64,000 nucleotides of DNA from Ignavibacteriales bacterium (GTDB lineage Bacteria; Bacillota_I; Bacilli_A; RF39; UBA660). The notes below the pieces were generated by a model that saw nothing but the letters and a program-made list of their open reading frames with translations, did not search any database and had not been told where the DNA came from. Position 1 is the first letter of the stretch. Every line of letters starts with the position of its first letter. The stretch is taken from NCBI GenBank assembly GCA_050259235.1, contig JBLNAG010000004.1:8591-72590 (forward strand), written 5' to 3'. Below, one piece after another: positions 58,053-64,000 of this stretch. The position numbers and the translations under genes were made by a program.

Positions 58053-59641
58053 GAAATTTATTTTTGCTTTTAAAGACAAGATTTGCAAGTACTTATAATA
58101 TAAACAAGTTACTTAAAATGAATAAAAAGAAATTAGTATTATTTAGTTTACTATTTATTTATCTTTTTGTAACATTATTTATAGCATTCTTTGGTATGGC
58201 AAATATTTGTGCCGATACATTAGAAAAAGCTAATGTTTTACCATTTATGTTGACTCTTTTCTTTGTTCTTTCATCATTTACAACTCTTATGTTTACTATT
58301 ATGAATGCTAAGGGGTCAATGTTTAATTCTAATGATAATAATTTATTGTTATCAATGCCTATTAAATCATCGGTTATTTTAGGGGCTAGATTACTATATA
58401 TTTATATATGGAATTTATTGTCATCACTATTGATTGTTTTACCAGCTATTGTTGTATATGCTATGCATGTTGATGTAACAATTTCTTATCTTTTAACAAC
58501 TGCTATTATCTTTTTATTATTACCAGTTGTTCCAACTGTTATTGCGTGTATTATCGGTTATATAATTGCTTATGCTACATCAAAGAGCAATATGAAAAAC
58601 TGGATTGAAATGATTATATCCATAGCTATTTTTATGTTACCATATTTTATAATGATAAAGAGCGCTGATATCATGAACTATATTGCTACTCATGTATCTA
58701 ATATAGAAGATATCTTAAAATGGTGTTTTTATCCTATATATCTAGCTAATGATGTATTAATGTACAACCATTACTTATCATTAATTATATATGTTATATT
58801 AAATATTGTTTTATTTATTTTATTTAGTCATATTCTAAGTCTTAACTTTAAAAATATTATATCTAAGTTACAAGAAAATAGAACAAGATCTAATTATGTT
58901 ATGAAAAGTCTTAGAACATCATCAATTAGTAAGACTTTATTAACAAAAGAAATTAAACGATATTTATCATCACCAATATATGTTCTTAATACATCTTTTG
59001 GATCATTAATGTTATTAGTTTTAGGTATTGGAAGTTTATTTTATGATACTGAAATGATTATTCAAATGTTACAAATGAGTGATGTAAATGTAGGGCTTTT
59101 CCCTATGCTTACAGTAATGTTTATTTTTGTTATTTTCTTATCTAATACTGCATCATCTTCAATATCAATTGAAGGCTCTAACTTATGGATACTTAAAACC
59201 ATACCAGTAGATCCTATCAGAATATTAAATAGCAAAATAAAACTTAATTTATTAGTCATTTTACCGGTTAGTATCATATCCTCAATTTTAATTTATATAA
59301 GTGGTAATATCAAGATTCTAGAGATGTTAGTTCTTATATGTATTTCCATTATTTCATCCATTACAGCAGCTCGTTTAGGTATCCTTATAAATCTTAAATT
59401 TCCTAAATTAAATGCTGTTAATGATACGCAGGTTGTTAAACAAAGTACAAGTGTTATGATATCAACATTAGTTCCATTGACTATTATCTTTATATTTGCA
59501 GGTTTATATGGAACTTTAGAAGATATTATTGATGTTAATTTATATATCTTTATAATTGCTGTATTGTTAGTTATTATAATGGTCATAGAAAAAACAATAA
59601 TAAAATATTGGGGTGTAAGAAGATTTAAAGAAATTAATTAA
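58049..59641 (+). CDS. ABC exporter permease-like polytopic membrane protein
   Basis: Overlaps the ATPase stop (ATGA). 530 aa with ~12 hydrophobic segments. Confidence 0.6.
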   Translation: MRNLFLLLKTRFASTYNINKLLKMNKKKLVLFSLLFIYLFVTLFIAFFGMANICADTLEKANVLPFMLTLFFVLSSFTTLMFTIMNAKGSMFNSNDNNLLLSMPIKSSVILGARLLYIYIWNLLSSLLIVLPAIVVYAMHVDVTISYLLTTAIIFLLLPVVPTVIACIIGYIIAYATSKSNMKNWIEMIISIAIFMLPYFIMIKSADIMNYIATHVSNIEDILKWCFYPIYLANDVLMYNHYLSLIIYVILNIVLFILFSHILSLNFKNIISKLQENRTRSNYVMKSLRTSSISKTLLTKEIKRYLSSPIYVLNTSFGSLMLLVLGIGSLFYDTEMIIQMLQMSDVNVGLFPMLTVMFIFVIFLSNTASSSISIEGSNLWILKTIPVDPIRILNSKIKLNLLVILPVSIISSILIYISGNIKILEMLVLICISIISSITAARLGILINLKFPKLNAVNDTQVVKQSTSVMISTLVPLTIIFIFAGLYGTLEDIIDVNLYIFIIAVLLVIIMVIEKTIIKYWGVRRFKEIN

Positions 59642-59719
59642 ATTGTAATTTTTACATAATAAAAAGACCATGGATATATGATAAACCATGGTTTTATTTT
59701 GTTAAAATATTTGAATATA

Positions 59720-59771
59720 TTGACACATAAATGAGTGAAGCATATAATACATATAGATAGTTATCTATATG
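59720..59771 (+). promoter_or_regulatory. promoter with a second copy of the ArsR-type operator
   Basis: TTGACA (59720-59725), a 17-nt spacer and TATAAT (59743-59748). Perfect palindrome CATATAGATA-GT-TATCTATATG (59750-59771), which contains ATATAGA-N6-TCTATAT. Confidence 0.6.
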
Positions 59772-59831
59772 ATTTTTGTCTAATAGGAGAAGTGAAATTT
59801 TGAAATATTTTTTATTTTTAGACTAATAATT

Positions 59832-59859
59832 AAAAATCAACGTAGTAGTTGATTTTTTT
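59832..59859 (+). terminator. intrinsic terminator ~100 nt downstream of the 59720 promoter
   Basis: AAAAATCAAC-GTAGTA-GTTGATTTTT followed by a T-run. Confidence 0.65.
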
Positions 59860-59926
59860 GTGAAAAAGTAAAACTATGTAAAAAGTAATGAAATTGGGCA
59901 CAATAATTTATATAGGAGGTGGTATT

Positions 59927-60055
59927 ATGATGAATTTTAATGGTAATGATTATGGAATGATGGGATATGGCTTTGGATGGATTATGATGTTAGGACTTTT
60001 AGTTTTAGTGATTTTAGGTATTATGGCACTTATAAAATATTTAAGACAAAAATAA
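59927..60055 (+). CDS. 42-aa Gly/Met-rich single-pass membrane peptide (not in the ORF track)
   Basis: ATG lies 7 nt after AGGAGGTGG. Sequence MMNFNGNDYGMMGYGFGWIMMLGLLVLVILGIMALIKYLRQK. Confidence 0.45.
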   Translation: MMNFNGNDYGMMGYGFGWIMMLGLLVLVILGIMALIKYLRQK

Positions 60056-60158
60056 ATTAGGTTTAATTATAAACTTATAATGATACTTTTATATACTTAG
60101 TATATTAATTTATAAAATTGATAATAATAAGTATGAATTGAGAAAGGAGAGTATTTAA

Positions 60159-60344
60159 TTGGAAAATCATAGTAATGAAACAAATACGAATCAATCATGT
60201 ATGGATGTATGTAAAGAATGTGCTGAAATGTGTGATAAGTGTGCTAGTGAATGTGAAAAAATGGAAGATAATGAAGAATTCAAAGAATGTGCACAAAAGT
60301 GTCGTGAATGTGCTGAAACGTGTAGAAAAATGAGTAATATGTAA
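60159..60344 (+). CDS. Cys-rich four-helix-bundle metal-binding protein (DUF326-like)
   Basis: Repeated CxxC(A/x)xxC spacing in CMDVCKECAEMCDKCASECEKM...CAQKCRECAETCRKM. TTG start follows AAAGGAGAG. Confidence 0.6.
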   Translation: MENHSNETNTNQSCMDVCKECAEMCDKCASECEKMEDNEEFKECAQKCRECAETCRKMSNM

Positions 60345-60396
60345 TAAATTCATTTACCTTTTAAAAATAACTTAGATAAACATTTTAATATAAAAT

Positions 60397-60421
60397 AAAC
60401 TCGGAAGAAATCCGAGTTTTT
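60397..60421 (+). terminator. Rho-independent terminator after the DUF326-like gene
   Basis: AAACTCGGA-AGAAA-TCCGAGTTT followed by TT. Confidence 0.65.
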
Positions 60422-60540
60422 CTAATGCTACAATGGGATTTGATTTTTCTCCAGTTTTTGTTAAAAAAGATGAATTATTAATTATGAGCCATATTTTTAA
60501 TAAAAGAATATCATATCTCTGAAGGGAATGATAAAATCTA

Positions 60541-61134
60541 ATGATTATAACAGTCATATTATTAAGTTTATCTATGTGTCTTGATAATTTAGTTATTGGA
60601 ATAGCATATGGTATAAAGAAAATTAAAATTAATACTATAGACAATATTATTATTGCTTCTATAACTACTTTAGGAACTTTAATAGTGATGATTTTAGGTA
60701 TGTATTTGAAGCTTATTTTGCCTACTTTGATAACGAAATTATTGGGTACCATTATCATTATTGCTTTAGGATTAATTTTTATTATTCAAAATATTATAGA
60801 AATTATAAAAAATCATAATGGAAATATAAATAAAATTATTGATTATGCTGAAAAAACAGATTTGAATAAATCTGGAGATATAGATAAAAAAGAAGCTATT
60901 TTAATAGCTTTAGGATTAATGATAAATAATTTAGGGATAGGAGTAGTAGCGAGTGTAGCAGGTATTAGTATATATTTAACAGTTGTTTTTACCTTTATTG
61001 TAAGTATAATTACTGTTAAGGTTGGTGTTTTAATGGGAAGTTATTTTTTTGGTAATTTTTTTGGTAAATATGCCACTTTAATAGGAGGTATATTATTAGT
61101 AATACTAGGATTATTAAATATTATTAAAATATAA
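60541..61134 (+). CDS. ytaF: YtaF-like sporulation membrane protein (MntP/DUF204 superfamily)
   Basis: LLSLSMCLDNLVIGIAYGIKKIKI and a second half with LGLMINNLGIGV, giving duplicated DUF204-type repeats. Confidence 0.65.
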   Translation: MIITVILLSLSMCLDNLVIGIAYGIKKIKINTIDNIIIASITTLGTLIVMILGMYLKLILPTLITKLLGTIIIIALGLIFIIQNIIEIIKNHNGNINKIIDYAEKTDLNKSGDIDKKEAILIALGLMINNLGIGVVASVAGISIYLTVVFTFIVSIITVKVGVLMGSYFFGNFFGKYATLIGGILLVILGLLNIIKI

Positions 61135-61145
61135 AAATAATTAAT

Positions 61146-61690
61146 TTATTCTCCCTTATTAATATGTAATTGACCATTATCTTGTATTTGTGCATAAAAA
61201 ACATTTTTATAATCTTTTATTCCTTGTTTGTTTAATTGTTCAATAACCCAATTTTCTTTGATATTTAATTCTTTTAAATTTTCTTTAATTAAATTACCTT
61301 CAATAATTATTGAAGTAGATATATAAGGATTATACGTAATATTTGCATTAATATCTTTTTTTGTTACTTGTTTAGCAGATTCTTTTTTTAGTAATGATAA
61401 TTTTCCATTTGGTTCAAATATTACATAGTATACTTCATCTATATTGAAAACATTTTTATTTCTTAATAACATTAATAAATCATTCATAGTAAGTTTTAAT
61501 GCTTGTAACTCCTTCTTTTGAATTATTCCTCTTTTATGACAATTGTTGGTTTACCTTCAAATGTAACTTGTAGGGATGAAGATTTTAGAGATATTATTGC
61601 TATTATAATTGTAAAGATTCCCCAACAAATTAAAGAAATATAATTATCATATACTGCAGTACTTCTAATATTTACTCCATTAGCAGCAAT
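61146..61690 (-). pseudogene. DUF421 (YetF-like) gene remnant: 5'-truncated and frameshifted
   Basis: The minus strand at 61690-61526 reads IAANGV...LQVTFEGKPTIVIKEE-stop with no start codon. The +2-offset frame continues RGIIQKKELQALKLTMNDLL... into the 61146-61487 track ORF. It is a paralog of 55745-56320. Confidence 0.7.
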
Positions 61691-61793
61691 GCCTTATGAA
61701 TTAGCTCCAACGTATGTTTATTTAGCAAGTAAAGATTCAAGTTATGTAACAAGTCAAGTATTTCATGTAAATGGGGGAGAGTATTTAGGGTAA
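61689..61793 (+). pseudogene. 3' fragment of a short-chain dehydrogenase/reductase (SDR) gene
   Basis: Encodes (M)[33 protein letters not shown]-stop. This is the typical SDR C-terminal segment with nothing upstream. Confidence 0.65.
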
Positions 61794-61863
61794 GGAACAT
61801 TAAAATAATGTACATTTTATGTAAAAAAATTAACAAAAAAGATCACTATTTGTGATCTTTTAT

Positions 61864-62283
61864 TTATCTTCTTTTTAACATAAATAGGTAAGTTCCAATT
61901 GATCCTAATGATACACCTAAAATGGAAGAAATAACAATTATTAATGAATCATTATTTTTATTATCTTCTTCTTTATTAGCAAGTAATTTAGCATCTTCTT
62001 GAACACCTGTTGCATAAATTTCATCTCGACCATTTCCATTAGATGGATCTATAACTTGATCGTCACTACTAACAGCTTTATCTTCTGGTGTTACAGTGTC
62101 AGTGCTACTACTGTTTCCATCTAGTTCTCCAGTATTTGGTTCCATCAAAATAGTGTATTCACCATCTTTTGGTACGTTAGGAATAACATTGCCATTTTCA
62201 TCAACTTGTATCATGGCATATGCATTACTTGGTAATAATGCAAAAAGGCATATTAAGGTAAATGTAACTAAATATTTTTTCAT
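61864..62283 (-). CDS. secreted protein with C-terminal membrane anchor
   Basis: Signal peptide ending SNAYA, an acidic Asp/Asn/Ser-rich middle and a C-terminal TM segment plus KRR. Confidence 0.5.
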   Translation of the reverse strand: MKKYLVTFTLICLFALLPSNAYAMIQVDENGNVIPNVPKDGEYTILMEPNTGELDGNSSSTDTVTPEDKAVSSDDQVIDPSNGNGRDEIYATGVQEDAKLLANKEEDNKNNDSLIIVISSILGVSLGSIGTYLFMLKRR

Positions 62284-62316
62284 ATTCTCCTCTTTCTTTC
62301 TTTCTTTTTTGTCATA

Positions 62317-62793
62317 TTATTTTTCTACTTTAAAGACTAAAATTTCTTGATCGTTTACAATGGCTATTTGCAATTCTTTATCTATGTTTTTGATGCTATA
62401 AATTGATACATTATTTTGAATACTTGATTCCATATTTGATTCTCTATTAGCGTTACCTATTTTTTCTTCTAACATATTTTCATCAATAACTATACTACTA
62501 TCAAGTATATATTTTATATTGTTGTAAATTATGTAATCATTTTCTTCAAGTGAAGTATCCACAGCATTAAAGGTATTTACTTTAGGTTCATCATCTAAAT
62601 TACTATCTTTACTACCATTAATACTATATATAAATATACATATTATTATGCTTGTCATAGCTAATGATAAATGAAAAAAATTAATTTTTCTAGAACTATT
62701 TAGTTTATTGTTTTCAATAATTTTTTTATAAGTTTCTTCCTTTAATTTATCATCTACTTTAATGTTGTCGAAAGCATTATAAATTTTATTCAT
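62317..62793 (-). CDS. putative anti-sigma factor (single-pass membrane protein)
   Basis: Overlaps the sigma gene stop by 8 nt. A short cytoplasmic N-terminus, one TM segment and an extracytoplasmic domain. Confidence 0.5.
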   Translation of the reverse strand: MNKIYNAFDNIKVDDKLKEETYKKIIENNKLNSSRKINFFHLSLAMTSIIICIFIYSINGSKDSNLDDEPKVNTFNAVDTSLEENDYIIYNNIKYILDSSIVIDENMLEEKIGNANRESNMESSIQNNVSIYSIKNIDKELQIAIVNDQEILVFKVEK

Positions 62794-63271
62794 CAAAAAC
62801 ACCCCCCATCATAATTTTTAGACTTTCTCTTGCTCTTTTAAGCCAAGTCCGAATTGTAGATTCTCTCTTATTTAATATCTTAGATATTTCTTTTGTTGAA
62901 TAGCCTTCATAATAGTATAAATATATGACATTACGATAATTTAAGGGTAGAGTAAAGATAATATTTAAAATGTCATTATTTTTTGGAGTTTCGCATGGGG
63001 TAATGATATTTTCGTCAAAGTTTATTGTTTGATAGTAAGTTTTTTTCTTTAATATGTTTTTACAATGATTGATAGTTACTGTAATGATCCATGCTTTACG
63101 ATGGTTTTCATTTACGAAATTTGGTGATTTCTCAATTATTTTTATAAATACTTCTTGATAAGCATCTTCTGAATCTAATTGATTTTTCAAATACATTAGG
63201 CATATTCGATAAACCATATTGCTATAATTATCAATTGTTTCTTTGATATATTCATTCTGACATTTAAGCAT
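62786..63271 (-). CDS. ECF-type RNA polymerase sigma-70 family factor
   Basis: Region 2 (DAYQEVFIKI) and the region 4 HTH (YYYEGYSTKEISKILNKRESTIRTWLKRAR). Confidence 0.8.
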   Translation of the reverse strand: MLKCQNEYIKETIDNYSNMVYRICLMYLKNQLDSEDAYQEVFIKIIEKSPNFVNENHRKAWIITVTINHCKNILKKKTYYQTINFDENIITPCETPKNNDILNIIFTLPLNYRNVIYLYYYEGYSTKEISKILNKRESTIRTWLKRARESLKIMMGGVFDE

Positions 63272-63459
63272 TATTTTTACCTCCCTACATTAATAAAACA
63301 ATTATATAATAAAAAATGTTTCAAATAAATGATATTTTTATTATTTTAATATAACTAAGAATATTTTTAAATAAATGTAATACAATAATTTAACGATAAT
63401 CGTAAAAAATATATTGACATTTAATAAAAAGAATAATAATATTATTATGAGGTGTATTT

Positions 63460-63912
63460 ATGAAAAAAAGTAGAATAGCTCAATTTGTTTCAATTATTTT
63501 AAAGTTAATGTTAGTTCTTGGAGTAGCCAGTTTATTTTTTCTTCCAACTCTTTATGATACATTTTCTGGTATTCAAGAAACAACATTTAATGAGCAAACA
63601 ATTTATTATCGAGTAGCTTTTTATATGTGTGCTATTGGTGGTTTAACAATTGTATATTGTCTTATAAAGGTATTCAAGAATGTTTATAATGGAAGTCCAT
63701 TTAAAAAGGAAACTGTTATTAACTTAAAAGCAATTGCAATATTATTTATGATTTTATCGATTATTATTGCTATTAAAATAATATTCATTCCATCAATTAT
63801 TTCTATTTCCGTTTTATTAGTAACATTTATGGCTAGTTTAAGTTTTTATGTACTAAGTCAAGTATTTAAAGTGGCTATAGAATATAAAGATGAAATAGAT
63901 CAAACAGTGTAG
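63460..63912 (+). CDS. DUF2975-like membrane protein
   Basis: Four TM segments. Followed by a small YozG-type HTH gene, which is the usual pairing. Confidence 0.55.
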   Translation: MKKSRIAQFVSIILKLMLVLGVASLFFLPTLYDTFSGIQETTFNEQTIYYRVAFYMCAIGGLTIVYCLIKVFKNVYNGSPFKKETVINLKAIAILFMILSIIIAIKIIFIPSIISISVLLVTFMASLSFYVLSQVFKVAIEYKDEIDQTV

Positions 63913-63921
63913 GTGGTTAGT

Positions 63922-64000
63922 ATGATTATTGTAAATTTAGATGTTATTATGGCTAAAAGAAAAATGTCATTAAATGAATTAAGTGAAAAAACGGAAATAA
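63922..64000 (+). CDS. XRE/YozG-type helix-turn-helix regulator, 5' part (runs off the window)
   Basis: MIIVNLDVIMAKRKMSLNELSEKTEI is a typical N-terminus for this family. Confidence 0.6.
   Translation, partial: MIIVNLDVIMAKRKMSLNELSEKTEI

Noticed and set aside
60100-60120. Short AT-rich near-palindrome (ATATAC-TTA-GTATAT) upstream of the DUF326-like gene, considered as an additional operator.
   Set aside because: It is only 6-3-6, imperfect beyond that and unrelated to the ATATAGA motif. Such palindromes are expected by chance in DNA this AT-rich.
60422-60540. Possible yybP-ykoY (manganese) riboswitch upstream of the MntP/YtaF-like gene.
   Set aside because: I could not find the conserved GGGGAGUAG-type core or a four-way-junction pattern in the ~120-nt leader. 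A covariance-model scan would settle it.
60372-60758. 128-aa minus-strand ORF overlapping the start of the YtaF-like gene.
   Set aside because: It overlaps 218 nt of a motif-supported gene and has low-complexity hydrophobic sequence. It would also run through the DUF326 terminator. It is more likely non-coding.
51240-64000. Prophage or integrative element at tRNA-Cys.
   Set aside because: No integrase, recombinase, transposase, phage structural gene or partial tRNA direct repeat was seen downstream. The region looks like a decayed accessory mosaic, not an intact mobile element.
1-64000. CRISPR arrays, rRNA genes, and alternative genetic code (TGA read as Trp, as in Mollicutes).
   Set aside because: No regularly spaced repeats and no rRNA-like conserved stretches were noticed. 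TGA clearly terminates well-conserved genes at their expected lengths (for example ruvX at 7547-7549), and the ORFs are full length under code 11.

Overview
The window is a very AT-rich, low-GC Firmicutes chromosome segment that uses the standard genetic code; TGA acts as a stop at 7547-7549. Gene order follows the Bacillus-type neighbourhoods alaS-yrzL-ruvX-yrzB-mltG-yrrMNO-greA, ruvAB-queA, ftsY-ylxM-ffh and yqeG-yqeH. CotD-like, YtaF-like and SipW-like genes suggest an endospore former, perhaps Erysipelotrichia or Clostridia-like; this is an inference with no search behind it.

Layout:
- 1-28.4 kb: housekeeping genes (dnaE 3' end, GGDEF cyclase, frr, T-box/alaS operon, tig, priA, fmt, ruvAB, queA, miaA, RNase J, SRP genes).
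- 28.4-33.9 kb: a small insertion at the ffh 3' end, a CotD-like gene, three tandem VanY-type peptidases and a DacA/DacB-type carboxypeptidase.
- 33.9-39.3 kb: an extended CsoR/CopA/CopZ copper locus.
- 39.4-47.5 kb: LiaF-like gene, HelD-like helicase, yqeG-yqeH and LtaS.
- 47.5-51.2 kb: a SipW-type signal peptidase cluster with TasA-like secreted proteins.
- 51.3 kb to the end: a lone tRNA-Cys followed by an accessory mosaic (arsRDA cassette, DUF421, tocopherol-cyclase-like gene, ABC exporter, Cys-rich DUF326 protein, YtaF, gene fragments, ECF sigma module).

No integrase, transposase, CRISPR array or rRNA was seen.

Most interesting candidates:
1. Two intact, collinear HerA/DUF87-like ATPase paralogs embedded in housekeeping operons with no partner gene.
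2. The SipW cluster, in which the peptidase is fused to a ~240-aa polytopic domain and one putative substrate gene is interrupted at an A12 tract.
3. An Ala T-box leader driving two small nucleotide-kinase-like genes plus an unusually short alaS.
4. An identical ATATAGA-N6-TCTATAT operator at the ars promoter and at a second promoter 6.6 kb away, upstream of a micro-ORF with a terminator, a 42-aa membrane peptide and a Cys-rich four-helix-bundle-like protein.

All family assignments come from motif recognition by eye. No database search was run.
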